From sequence record NC_049448.1: a stretch of DNA of 39,642 nucleotides; one strand, 5' to 3'. Origin of the DNA: Klebsiella phage ST437-OXA245phi4.1. A model generated the notes under the pieces. The model saw only the letters and a list, made by a program, of their open reading frames with translations. It was not told the DNA's origin and ran no database searches. The position numbers and the translations under genes were made by a program. Below are positions 9,430-18,461 of this stretch, piece after piece (the first letter of the stretch is position 1; each line of letters opens with the position of its first letter).

Positions 9430-10548
9430 TTAACTCAGGGGCGCGTAATACACCGGGCGCAGACCCATCTCGGAATTCAGCACCTCGATATTGTTGGCAA
9501 AGCCAAACTGGAAAATATCGTTCTTACCGCGCACCGGATGCATGCAGCTTGTCGCGCCCGCGTTGTAGTTGACCGTGGACCCCGCCGGGACAATCGCCTT
9601 ACCGGTCAGGGACGGCCATACGCCATACAGCTCCAGAAGATTCTTTACCGCTTCCGGCAGCGTGTTCTGCGGCTGAACGAAGGTCCCGCCCCAGGCCGGG
9701 TGATAAAACTCGTTGTCAGCCAGCCCGGTGGTTTTTGTCACCGCCCGCACGCTGTTGGGGGTGGTGGCCACATAGTCCGCCGTGGTGGTGTTCCCGGTGT
9801 GCGTCGGGGTGATAAAGGCCCCGGTCACCGCATGGATAGCGTACCAGCCCGGCACATCAGCGCCGTGCGCACTGAATACAGCGGAGGCGGCGAGCGCGGC
9901 CTCATTGCCGGTCCCGTAGAGCTGGATTTCGCCACCCACCACACGCGCGCCGTAGGTACGCTCCCAGACGTTTCCGGCAAGGTCGCTGATGCCGTTGTAT
10001 TTTTTGTCCTGGCGATAAGAGACCGGACCGGAGCCGGTATAAATGCGCGGAGACTGCGAGGACAAATCGCCCGCCTCTTTGCCGTCGATACGGCGTCCGG
10101 TCTGGGTCGCATCCAGCGCGGACTTGCCGTACACATCGGCCCCCAGGGGACTGTACCGGCTTTTCACGGCCATCGCCTGCATCAGCGCCCACTCGACCGA
10201 CGTCATGCCGTGCCAGGTGCTACCCATCGCTTTCAGTAACGGGAAAAGGGTGGCGCTGGTTGCGTTACAGGCATTCGCATCCACGTTGGGCAGACTCAGG
10301 ACCTCGCCGTTCAGCACGCATCCCTGATAGGTTCCGACATACAGATACGGGATTTCCCTGTCGCCCTGCTTAAAGGCCGGATGTACGCCGGAAATCCCCA
10401 GCGCCGGGTTCATGCTTTCGATACTCACCTTCGGGATAATATTCACAAAGGTCGGCTGTCCCTTCGGGGTATACAGCACCGTCTGTTTTCCGCCCGAAGC
10501 CGCCTCAACGGAGGCCCGCAGCGCATCTTTGACTAAAATCGTGGTCAT
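9430..10548 (-). CDS. Putative tail-fibre / receptor-binding component (372 aa)
   Basis: It lies within the tail-fibre operon. It is rich in Gly, Thr, Asn and Ser, like a fibre shaft or tip. I recognised no family. Confidence 0.5.
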   Translation of the reverse strand: MTTILVKDALRASVEAASGGKQTVLYTPKGQPTFVNIIPKVSIESMNPALGISGVHPAFKQGDREIPYLYVGTYQGCVLNGEVLSLPNVDANACNATSATLFPLLKAMGSTWHGMTSVEWALMQAMAVKSRYSPLGADVYGKSALDATQTGRRIDGKEAGDLSSQSPRIYTGSGPVSYRQDKKYNGISDLAGNVWERTYGARVVGGEIQLYGTGNEAALAASAVFSAHGADVPGWYAIHAVTGAFITPTHTGNTTTADYVATTPNSVRAVTKTTGLADNEFYHPAWGGTFVQPQNTLPEAVKNLLELYGVWPSLTGKAIVPAGSTVNYNAGATSCMHPVRGKNDIFQFGFANNIEVLNSEMGLRPVYYAPLS

Positions 10549-10557
10549 GGTGGGTCC

Positions 10558-12507
10558 TTACTGTTGGTAGCTGAAAAAAGTGTCCAGGTATGCAATACGC
10601 TGTCGGGTCCAGTCCATCATCTGGTCCAGACTGGTGATGCTCAGGGAGGGCACATTCGGCCATTTTTCATATTCAGCCTGCATCAGTTCCGGGGTGTAGC
10701 GTCCCAGCAGGTCTCGGGCCAGCTCCAGCACGCCGCACTGTGAAAACAGACCGTTATCCCGCAGTTCCGCATAGCGGGCATTCATTTCCGCCTGGAAGGT
10801 GGTACGGACTTTCTTCCAGAAGGTGCGGTTGACCTGCATGGCGAGGCCGTTATCAAACAGATTCAGGTCTGGCGGATAGGCAATGGACGTCCCGGCGTAA
10901 TGCAGACCAAAGGTGGTATCCAGGTCATAGGGCATGAAAAACCATTTCGTGCCGTCCCAGGTGATAAACGTGGTGTTCTTCTGCACGCAGTCCGGGGCGC
11001 AGATAAAGCTGAGGAAGACGTAGAAATCCACCACGTTGTTTTTATCCAGATGCGTACCGGCGGCGGCGGTAAACGCGTCCTGCGCGGACTGCGCGAAGTC
11101 CCGCCAGCGGTCGAGGCAGGCAGCCGTTTCCGCCGTGGGTTTCGAAGGTGAGTCCATCACCCAGGTGCCGTTATCCGTGAGCGCCGGGATGTTAATCGCC
11201 CCGTCCCAGATAATCATGATTTGCTCCGGGCTGTTTTTGGCGATGTTGTAATCCTTGCGCGACGAGTTGTAGAGAAAATCCCCTATCCCGTAAAACTCAC
11301 CGTTGATATACAGCACGCAGGCGTACCCCTTCGGGCAGCCGATGGCGCCGGTATCAATGGCGCTGGCCCCCAGCTTCCCCACGTAGCTGTTATCAATATC
11401 CCGGCGCGGCCAGCCGCTGCGGGTCGCCATCACCTTCTGCCACAGGTTGTAGCAGAGCACATTGCGCAGGTGGGTCGAGTCAATCCAGTTCGCCTTGAAA
11501 ATCCATTTATCCTTCGGCACCACATCCCCGATTTTCAGGCTGACATTTTCGGTATGCGCCGCGTCGGCAAACAGCTCGAATTTCATGTTCTTTTTCGGGT
11601 ACCCCGCTGACGACGCCCCCTGAACCTTGAAGGACACGTATGCCGTGAACATCTCCCCGTCGACGTCCACCTTTAAGGTGCCGTTAACCGGGTTGTCCTT
11701 GCTGGTCGGTGCGCCGCTGTCGGAGGTCACGTCCAGGCGAATCAGACCGCGCGGCTCACCAAAGGCAAACACGCCCGGATATTTCGCCTGCGCCTCCCGG
11801 TTTCCCGTGCCACTGCCTGCCGCTGAGGGGTCGAAGCCGTCGAGCGGGAGAAGCTGACGGGCCAGCACCTGGAAGGCATAGAGGTTACTCAGCTGATGAC
11901 TTTCCACCTCCTCGGGGGTGGCCTCCACCAGAGCCAGCGCCCGCATACCGGACTGAAACGCCAGCATCAGCGCCTGAATCTGGTCTGACTGGCTTTTTTG
12001 TGAAGCGGCCATGCTGGTCACCTGCGCGGCCATCTCATCAAGACCGAGCTGCATCAGGGCGGCCGTCAGCGACTGGAGACCGGACTGCAACGCGGTCAGG
12101 CCATCCAGCGCTGAGCCGGTGTCCTGCTCCAGCTGCTGGCGCAGGGACGTAATCGCCTGCTGACTTGCCAGTGCATTCAGCCGGTTCGCCTGGCCGTTGC
12201 GCTTCTGGTAATAGATAAAGGCCAGCAGTTGCCCCTCGCTGTCAGGCACCACCACGCGAAAGAGTTTCCCCTCCGGCGTACCGGCAAGCCCCGCAAGGGT
12301 GCCGTCCGGGTCATCCGGGGTCATGAAGAAGGTGTAATCCCGGTAGTCCTGCAGCGACTCAACGGCGGTTTTTAAATAGCGGGTACGGTTCGCCAGCTGC
12401 CGGGCCTGTTTGTTTGACGGACCATAAATGCCGCCCTCCACCCGGTCTTCGCGCGCCAGCAGGTAAACCTCATCTTCCCATTTTGTCTGTTCGTTAATTG
12501 CACTCAT
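10558..12507 (-). CDS. Tail fibre / tailspike protein (about 650 aa)
   Basis: The start was placed at the ATG at 12507. It has a GGAGAAT ribosome-binding site and a TAATG overlap with the I stop. The ORF-track start at 12780 would overlap I by 270 nt. It has a conserved fibre-like N-terminus (KWEDEVYLLAREDRVEGG...LANRTRYLK), an Ala/Gln-rich coiled-coil shaft, and a C-terminal globular domain of roughly 350 aa. Confidence 0.7.
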   Translation of the reverse strand: MSAINEQTKWEDEVYLLAREDRVEGGIYGPSNKQARQLANRTRYLKTAVESLQDYRDYTFFMTPDDPDGTLAGLAGTPEGKLFRVVVPDSEGQLLAFIYYQKRNGQANRLNALASQQAITSLRQQLEQDTGSALDGLTALQSGLQSLTAALMQLGLDEMAAQVTSMAASQKSQSDQIQALMLAFQSGMRALALVEATPEEVESHQLSNLYAFQVLARQLLPLDGFDPSAAGSGTGNREAQAKYPGVFAFGEPRGLIRLDVTSDSGAPTSKDNPVNGTLKVDVDGEMFTAYVSFKVQGASSAGYPKKNMKFELFADAAHTENVSLKIGDVVPKDKWIFKANWIDSTHLRNVLCYNLWQKVMATRSGWPRRDIDNSYVGKLGASAIDTGAIGCPKGYACVLYINGEFYGIGDFLYNSSRKDYNIAKNSPEQIMIIWDGAINIPALTDNGTWVMDSPSKPTAETAACLDRWRDFAQSAQDAFTAAAGTHLDKNNVVDFYVFLSFICAPDCVQKNTTFITWDGTKWFFMPYDLDTTFGLHYAGTSIAYPPDLNLFDNGLAMQVNRTFWKKVRTTFQAEMNARYAELRDNGLFSQCGVLELARDLLGRYTPELMQAEYEKWPNVPSLSITSLDQMMDWTRQRIAYLDTFFSYQQ

Positions 12508-12508
12508 G

Positions 12509-13192
12509 TTATTCTCCTGCGTAAACGCCACGGCCATCGTGAAAAGTGCGCCCGTCATAGCGATGTGAGTCTTCTCCCCGCTGGTTTTCGGTATAGGTGA
12601 CCGACCCGGAATGGAACCCGCCGCCGTCATAACGGGCGGCCTCATCCGGCGTATATTCCGGCGGATACACGCTGATGACCTCCCCGCTGCACGATGCGGC
12701 ACCGGTATACACCGGACCGGTGGTCCCCGCTGACAGTGACAGGCGGGCAATGTGGCGGCTGACCGGCCGCGCATCGCCAATAATCCGCTCCAGCTCCTTA
12801 ATCATCGTCTCGGTAATACCGATATCATTCAGGTCAATCTCAAGGCGGAATGTCCCGGCGGGGTCGGCCACCTCCCACCATTCCTGAAGCGTCATGCTGT
12901 AGCCGAGGTTTTCAATCACCCGGCGAACCGCCGCCACCGTCCCCTTGCGTTGGTGGATCCAGAACGCATCGCTGACCGCCTGGCGCTTATCCCTCTCTGA
13001 CCAGGTTTCCTCCCAGCGGTCGACGGAAAACGCCCACGCCAGATACGGCAGGAATTTCACCGGGCATTTCCACGGGTTCCAGAGGTCACGCAGTGGCACG
13101 CTTAAATCACTGATACCTGAACAGGCCTGCACCAGCCTGCGCTCCAGTGATGACGATCCCGGCGGTAACAGGCTATTCATCAGAGCCACCAA
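12509..13192 (-). CDS. I: Baseplate assembly protein I
   Basis: 227 aa, in the P2 order J-I-H. Confidence 0.85.
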   Translation of the reverse strand: MVALMNSLLPPGSSSLERRLVQACSGISDLSVPLRDLWNPWKCPVKFLPYLAWAFSVDRWEETWSERDKRQAVSDAFWIHQRKGTVAAVRRVIENLGYSMTLQEWWEVADPAGTFRLEIDLNDIGITETMIKELERIIGDARPVSRHIARLSLSAGTTGPVYTGAASCSGEVISVYPPEYTPDEAARYDGGGFHSGSVTYTENQRGEDSHRYDGRTFHDGRGVYAGE

Positions 13193-14081
13193 TTTCTGCT
13201 TTAAAATCGGTGCAATAGGACGCCTGCGTTTTATCTATCACCATGTCAGCCAGGGGCTGCATCAGCTCAACCCGCTGCACGCCCTGAACATGCAGAGCGG
13301 CATAAATCGCAGACAGCCGCACATCACGCCCCAGGCGGCGCTGCTCATTGATGTATGCAGTGCCCTGCTCTTTCGCGGCAGCGAGGATGGGTTCCTTTGC
13401 CGGGCCGGGATAGACATACAGAACCGCATCGATTTCATAGCGGACAATCTCAGCAGAGCGGACGCTCACCCGGTCCGCTACAGGCCGCACGGCCTCATCA
13501 TTCAGTGCAACACCAACTACCTGCAGCAAGTCATCCGGCGCAGTGCCATCACCGTCGCGGGCCAGAATAGTCACCACGACTTCCGCCGGTGCCGGGCTGA
13601 ATGCTGATGCATCTGCCACACGGCCATCGGCGCTCAGCGCGTGAAATTCATACGCGCCAACCGGCCCGGCAACGCTCATCCCCTCAAAGGCCGCCGGGAT
13701 GCGCTGCCGATAATCCGCGTCCGATTCCATTTCCGCCTCAGTGGGTGGCGTGGTGGTATCGTCTGCGGGGGTGATCACCCGGCGCTGCACGTTATTGTTA
13801 GCGCCTAAATTATCCAGGTCATCACTGCCGGAATAAGCCACCATGACAGCCCGTGCCGCCTCGTTAATCCGCTGGCGCAGCAGCAGCTCCCGGTACACGT
13901 TTTCCTGCAGCGTTTTTACAATCGGCTCTGACTCAAGCGTTAAAGTACGGGCCACGGCTTCCTGCTCTTCTGCCGGATAGAGCGCGACAAACTCCGCTTT
14001 ACGCTCTGTCAACAGGGTTTCAAAATCTGGCTCATCAACGATTTGCGGTGGCGGCAGCTGGGAAAGGTCAATAACGGCCAT
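13173..14081 (-). CDS. J: Baseplate assembly protein J
   Basis: The start was placed at MAVIDLSQLPPPQ, giving 302 aa. This matches P2 J (MPIIDLNQLPAPD...) end to end. Confidence 0.85.
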   Translation of the reverse strand: MAVIDLSQLPPPQIVDEPDFETLLTERKAEFVALYPAEEQEAVARTLTLESEPIVKTLQENVYRELLLRQRINEAARAVMVAYSGSDDLDNLGANNNVQRRVITPADDTTTPPTEAEMESDADYRQRIPAAFEGMSVAGPVGAYEFHALSADGRVADASAFSPAPAEVVVTILARDGDGTAPDDLLQVVGVALNDEAVRPVADRVSVRSAEIVRYEIDAVLYVYPGPAKEPILAAAKEQGTAYINEQRRLGRDVRLSAIYAALHVQGVQRVELMQPLADMVIDKTQASYCTDFKAEIGGSDE

Positions 14082-14430
14082 TGTCTGCTCCTGTCGATAC
14101 GGAAAGGGACACAGGCACACCGTCATTACGCTGGCCTGCCAGCTCAATCACCATTGAGCCTTCCATGTTGCTGCTGTTAATCGTGATGGTGTCGAGCTGC
14201 AACCGCGGCTCCCAGCGCAGCAACGCGACGTACACCGCAGACATGATCTGCAGGCGCAGCGCCCGATTTTGTGGCTGGTCAATCAGCGCAGACAGCAGGG
14301 AGCCATACTCCCGACGGGCAAGGCGGCTACCCTGCGGCGTCAGCAAAATGTCCCGCACGGACTGGCGCAGGTGATCCGTTTCCGTAATGGCCTTGCCGGT
14401 ATCGCGGTTCATCCCGATATAGAGCGTCAA
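14068..14430 (-). CDS. W: Baseplate wedge protein W
   Basis: 120 aa. It overlaps both V and J. Confidence 0.85.
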   Translation of the reverse strand: MTLYIGMNRDTGKAITETDHLRQSVRDILLTPQGSRLARREYGSLLSALIDQPQNRALRLQIMSAVYVALLRWEPRLQLDTITINSSNMEGSMVIELAGQRNDGVPVSLSVSTGADNGRY

Positions 14431-14999
14431 ATTGGACCTCCCGTTGTTCCGCCGCTGTCGCCAGGGTGTTTATGCTTATCGGCAACGATACCGTTTGAGG
14501 TCATTTCCCCGCCGTCATGGGTCACATCGCCATTAATGATCACGTTGCTGTTAATACGGGTCGTGTCGGCCTCGATCACAAGCTCCCCTGTTTTGCAGGA
14601 AACCAGCTGTGACGACTCAATCAGCACGGCTTTAACGCCCCGGATAATCCAGTGCCCGGTGGCAGGGTCGTATTCGAACCAGCCGCCATCCTCGTATTCG
14701 GTCACGTCCGCGCTTTCAGAGTCTGACGGCGGCGGGCAGGCGTTGGAGTAAATGGCCGGAAGCGCAAAAGCCGTCTCCAGATTGCCGCCCAGGCTGAACA
14801 GCACCACCTGCTCCCCCGGCGACGGACACCACCAGGTGCGGGATTTACCGGCGCGGTAGGTCAGCCAGTTAATCCAGTTGGTTTCGAGGTCGCCAGTTTT
14901 CACCCGGCAAAGCCAGCCGTCCCGGTCCACCTCGGTCACAATGCCGGTGCGGATCAGATTGGTGATAAGGCGCATGATTTCGGTTAATTGAGCATTCAT
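14427..14999 (-). CDS. V: Baseplate spike / assembly protein V
   Basis: 190 aa, with the P2 V-like C-terminus HKHPGDSGGTTGGPI. Confidence 0.85.
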   Translation of the reverse strand: MNAQLTEIMRLITNLIRTGIVTEVDRDGWLCRVKTGDLETNWINWLTYRAGKSRTWWCPSPGEQVVLFSLGGNLETAFALPAIYSNACPPPSDSESADVTEYEDGGWFEYDPATGHWIIRGVKAVLIESSQLVSCKTGELVIEADTTRINSNVIINGDVTHDGGEMTSNGIVADKHKHPGDSGGTTGGPI

Positions 15000-15047
15000 G
15001 TAGACGATACTTACATAAACATTTATCTTGGGGCATAGGAGATGAAG

Positions 15048-15065
15048 TGTATGATTAACGATACA
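15048..15065. promoter_or_regulatory. TGT-N12-ACA dyad between V and the HEPN-motif gene
   Basis: The sequence is TGTATGATTAACGATACA. The Ogr-site pattern is present, but its spacing to the V ATG leaves almost no leader. It could instead drive the plus-strand cargo gene, if that gene starts at its second Met (15136). This pattern is frequent by chance. Confidence 0.25.
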
Positions 15066-15093
15066 ATGACAAATTTTTATGTAAGGACTAGAA

Positions 15094-15960
15094 ATGACTC
15101 CTTTTGGAATTTATGGGTATATTTTCACTAAAGAAATGACATTTGATTTAGGAATATTAACTCCTCGCTTCAACAATCTTCACGAGATCAAGAAAGAAAA
15201 ATGCAACGGAGAGTCTTATATACTTACAGGTTTTTTCACTCCTAACTCAAGCGCAAATAAAAATCTCTCTCAAGCTCTCTTTGATCTTTCAGCAATTCTA
15301 AGCTTTATTGAACAAAAAAATGTAATCATAGCCCATTCACTCAAAGAGAATGAAAGCCCTTTAACATTCGGTGATGACTTCCCCATAACTTTAGATATAA
15401 AAAGGAAACGTGGCCCAGGACAAATAATAATGGAAGACTGTTTCTCTAAAGATGGAAGGTCAGCATTCATTAAGCTTGCCATTAACAAACTCAGTGAAAA
15501 CAATAAGACCAATCAAAACCCATTTAGAACAGCCTTCTTCAAATCTATGCTTTCTTTTAGAGAGAATATAAGCTATGTAGATGTAAACTATTACCTATCG
15601 TTCTCTGCACTTGAATCCCTATGTAGATATATACAAAATGATTATGCACCTTCCAGAGCTCCGCAAATAATTACAACGACTCTACAAAACTATGGTTTCA
15701 ATGTATCAAAAAAAGATAACGCTGTACCACAAAGAAACATCATGCACTATTGCGCACTTCGCAACGCATTGTTTCACAAAGGCGATTACATTGCGCTCGT
15801 CGAATATAACAATCCTGACAGCATTATATATTTGAAGGATTACTCATCCTGTATTAGCCTACTTCTCTCTTTATTGATAATGAAACACATAGGATTTGAT
15901 GACAATTATATTAATTGGGACTCATGGATTGACAGGCAACCATTCATTAGCAAAAAATAA
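15094..15960 (+). CDS. HEPN-motif protein (candidate Abi-like RNase), moron between V and S
   Basis: 288 aa, AT-rich and on the opposite strand to the tail genes. It has an Rx4H motif (RNALFH, residues 223-228) in a helical region. It occupies the position of low-GC orf30 in P2. Confidence 0.55.
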   Translation: MTPFGIYGYIFTKEMTFDLGILTPRFNNLHEIKKEKCNGESYILTGFFTPNSSANKNLSQALFDLSAILSFIEQKNVIIAHSLKENESPLTFGDDFPITLDIKRKRGPGQIIMEDCFSKDGRSAFIKLAINKLSENNKTNQNPFRTAFFKSMLSFRENISYVDVNYYLSFSALESLCRYIQNDYAPSRAPQIITTTLQNYGFNVSKKDNAVPQRNIMHYCALRNALFHKGDYIALVEYNNPDSIIYLKDYSSCISLLLSLLIMKHIGFDDNYINWDSWIDRQPFISKK

Positions 15961-15982
15961 TAAAACAATAATGGTTCTGCTT

Positions 15983-16429
15983 TCATTTTTGAATCCAGTC
16001 TAGCAACGTCTCGCGCGTAATGTCCTCCACTTCATCATTGATGCCGAGTAACCGGCGCTGTGAATACTGCACCTCCGGCCCTCTGCGGCTCACACGGTCA
16101 CGCAGACCGTAATGATGAACGCGGGCAATTCGCTGTACCCTGCCCTCAAATTCGACACTGGCAGAGTCCGGGCTGGCAGCGGCTTTCAGGTATTTTGCGG
16201 TGCGGAGTTTGGCAAACATTTGCCGACGTATGCGGCCAGTTTTCGTGCGCGCCGTTACCCGTCGTGGTTCGTATGCCGTACCGTCCGGGTTGCGCTGCAT
16301 CCTGATATTTTTCTGCTGGCTGCGGCGCAGCTGCTGCGCCAGCTCCCGCATCATGCGCTTACGTGCGGCAGGCTCCAGCCCCGCCAGCAGCGCCTCTAAC
16401 CAGGCGTCAACTTCCTGCAGCTCAGCCAC
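15983..16429 (-). CDS. S: Tail completion protein S
   Basis: P2 S-like sequence (AELQEVDAWLEALLAGLEP...). The probable start is the GTG at 16429, giving 149 aa. The ORF track extends to 16495. Confidence 0.75.
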   Translation of the reverse strand: MAELQEVDAWLEALLAGLEPAARKRMMRELAQQLRRSQQKNIRMQRNPDGTAYEPRRVTARTKTGRIRRQMFAKLRTAKYLKAAASPDSASVEFEGRVQRIARVHHYGLRDRVSRRGPEVQYSQRRLLGINDEVEDITRETLLDWIQK

Positions 16430-16844
16430 GGCGCACCGCCCACATTTCGTCCGGTTCCGGCACCGCTTCGACGCTGGACACGTCACCGTCAGCACTGACG
16501 ATAACGCGCTCTGTCAGCTGTAGATTCAGGCTGATATCGCAGATATCATTGCGCAAGATATCGACCTCAAACGTAAACAGCTTTTCACGCAGTTCCGGGT
16601 TATGGATAGCATCGGGCTGATTCTCCATCAGCCAGGCCAGCACGGGAGCCATCAGTAATCCCTGATCGCCGCTGAAATCCACGATCACCACGTTAAGGGT
16701 ATAGCGATACTCCCAGGACAACGACGCCGCGCCGGTCGCCACCACCGCTCCGTTATCCACGAATAAATGCAACTTGTCCGGGTTGTCCCGGACATACGCC
16801 ACGGTTTTATTCAGGGCGAGGCGTAAGGACTGAGGTTTGTTCAC
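16422..16844 (-). CDS. R: Tail completion protein R
   Basis: 140 aa, in the P2 position between lysB and S. Confidence 0.8.
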   Translation of the reverse strand: MNKPQSLRLALNKTVAYVRDNPDKLHLFVDNGAVVATGAASLSWEYRYTLNVVIVDFSGDQGLLMAPVLAWLMENQPDAIHNPELREKLFTFEVDILRNDICDISLNLQLTERVIVSADGDVSSVEAVPEPDEMWAVRRG

Positions 16845-17097
16845 TGTTTCGCTCCTGGCAGGAAATTATCGTGTCCACCTTGTCAGCACAGACTGACCAG
16901 GCAGCCTCCGCCTCATCCAGCGCCGTCAGTAAATCACCGTTAGTGCGTGCCGCTGACTTTTCCAGGCGGCACTGCGTCACCCTGGGACAACCATTCACGG
17001 TAAGCTGCACCTCCGGCGAGGGCCGGACGTTCGCGCATCCTGATAATGTCAGGAGGCAAAGGAGTACCAGCCCAGCGGCGCAAATCCTCGTTTTCAC
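16807..17097 (-). CDS. lysC: LysC-like outer-membrane spanin (Rz1 type)
   Basis: 96-aa ORF in an alternative frame overlapping the 3' end of lysB. It has a signal peptide with an LSGC lipobox. Confidence 0.45.
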   Translation of the reverse strand: MKTRICAAGLVLLCLLTLSGCANVRPSPEVQLTVNGCPRVTQCRLEKSAARTNGDLLTALDEAEAAWSVCADKVDTIISCQERNSEQTSVLTPRPE

Positions 17098-17368
17098 GTT
17101 TTAGCTCCTCAATCCGGCGCTGACGGCTTCGCAGCAGCGCGTTTGTACTTTCTGCCGCCGCGTAAAGCCGCGCCTGTTCCCGGTTGTTGGTTTCGGTCAG
17201 GATGGACAGGGCGATCAGCTGGCTGTTCGTTTTTGCCAGTTTGTCGCCCGCCGTTTTCAGGTCCCCGCCTTGCTGATCGATGGTACGGCTGGCCTCATTC
17301 AGTCGCCATGACTGCCAGCCCAGCGCCGCCAGTACGAGCGCAAGAATTACCGCCAGCGCGCGCGTCAT
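16940..17368 (-). CDS. lysB: LysB-like inner-membrane spanin (Rz type)
   Basis: 142 aa, with an N-terminal transmembrane segment and a coiled coil. It is in the P2 lysis-cassette position. Confidence 0.75.
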   Translation of the reverse strand: MTRALAVILALVLAALGWQSWRLNEASRTIDQQGGDLKTAGDKLAKTNSQLIALSILTETNNREQARLYAAAESTNALLRSRQRRIEELKRENEDLRRWAGTPLPPDIIRMRERPALAGGAAYREWLSQGDAVPPGKVSGTH

Positions 17369-17748
17369 ACCGTCACCGGCTGCGCATCAACAACCTGCGC
17401 ACGCAGAACCTTAAGCGCGACCAGCGTCAGCAGATAAAATGCCAGGGTGACAACGTGGCCCGTAAAGGCGAGAAAAATCACAAGCAGTGAACGCCTGGCC
17501 CATCTGATCACATTGTTTCCTGGCGTACTGAAAAAGCGCGTAAGCGCCTGCTTTGCCTCTTCCCGATGAGTGCCGCCCGCATACCACCCGGCCAGGCAAA
17601 GCAGCACCGCCACCCAGACCAACAAACAGGCGACCCAGGTCAATGCGGTGACCAGCGCCGAGGCCATGCCGTTGGGGACAAAGAGACTTAAAATCATCAG
17701 CGCCGCGTACAGCACCGAAAGCAACCCACTGATAAATTTCTTTTTCAT
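17365..17748 (-). CDS. lysA: LysA-like membrane protein (putative antiholin)
   Basis: 127 aa, with four hydrophobic helices. It lies between K and lysB, as in P2. Confidence 0.7.
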   Translation of the reverse strand: MKKKFISGLLSVLYAALMILSLFVPNGMASALVTALTWVACLLVWVAVLLCLAGWYAGGTHREEAKQALTRFFSTPGNNVIRWARRSLLVIFLAFTGHVVTLAFYLLTLVALKVLRAQVVDAQPVTV

Positions 17749-17752
17749 TTCG

Positions 17753-18262
17753 TTACGCTCCTTTTAAGCACCAGGCCAGCTCCCGCCCCCGGCGGTTATC
17801 CAGCCCCTGATTAAATATGCCTTTGACATATACCCAGCGCGGCAGCTGATAGCAGGCATCGCGCCAGCGCTTCTGATTGATAAACTTCACCATGGTTGAG
17901 CTGCAGGCATTGCCCGTGCCGACGTTGAACGCCAGCGACACCAGGGCGTCATAAACGTACTGCGGCACGTTCACCAGGACACACCGCGCCAGGGCGGTTT
18001 CAACTCGTAATACATTGGTGATGAAGTTCCCCGCCGCCTGTCGCTCTGTGATGGTTTTCCCCGGCACCACGCCCGACGTGTTACCGATGCCGTCGGTCCA
18101 CACGCCAGCGTCGCACTGGTACGGCTGCAGGCGGCATCCCTCGTAATCGGCTATCAGTTTTAGCCCCTCAACGGAGGTGTGGAGCTGCTGGAAACCGGGC
18201 AGCGTGGCGGCGATAGCCAGCACCGCCCCGACAAGGCAGCGCTTAACGATTGAAGGATTCAT
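17753..18262 (-). CDS. SAR endolysin (P1 Lyz-like lysozyme)
   Basis: GLKLIADYEGCRLQPYQCDAGVWTDGIGNT matches the catalytic region of P1 Lyz. The N-terminal segment RCLVGAVLAIAATLPGF is Gly/Ala-rich and weakly hydrophobic, like a SAR domain. Confidence 0.85.
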   Translation of the reverse strand: MNPSIVKRCLVGAVLAIAATLPGFQQLHTSVEGLKLIADYEGCRLQPYQCDAGVWTDGIGNTSGVVPGKTITERQAAGNFITNVLRVETALARCVLVNVPQYVYDALVSLAFNVGTGNACSSTMVKFINQKRWRDACYQLPRWVYVKGIFNQGLDNRRGRELAWCLKGA

Positions 18263-18461
18263 ATTCCCCCTGGGTTATCTTCCCGCCGCGTAGCAGCTGA
18301 TAGGTTTTGTGTTTGTAGTACCAGTTGATCGCCAGCATCAGCAGACCAATCAGCACACCGCCCACCGTAGAGGCATCTTTAAGCGATAAATCGCCCATCC
18401 ACGCCAGCAGTACAGCAATGCAGTACGTAATAAAGGCGCTGATCCGTTCAAGCGTCATCAT
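18243..18461 (-). CDS. Holin (class II, pinholin-like)
   Basis: 72 aa with two transmembrane domains. It overlaps the start of the endolysin. Confidence 0.75.
   Translation of the reverse strand: MMTLERISAFITYCIAVLLAWMGDLSLKDASTVGGVLIGLLMLAINWYYKHKTYQLLRGGKITQGEYESFNR

Noticed and set aside
8305-12780. Invertible tail-fibre segment (Mu G / P1 C type)
   Set aside because: There is no invertase (Gin/Cin-like) gene and I saw no flanking inverted repeats. All fibre genes are on the same strand.
12507-12780. The 740-aa version of the fibre gene starting at 12780
   Set aside because: The N-terminal 91 codons overlap the 3' end of I, in an Arg/Pro-rich frame. A good ribosome-binding site and ATG sit at 12507, abutting the I stop codon.
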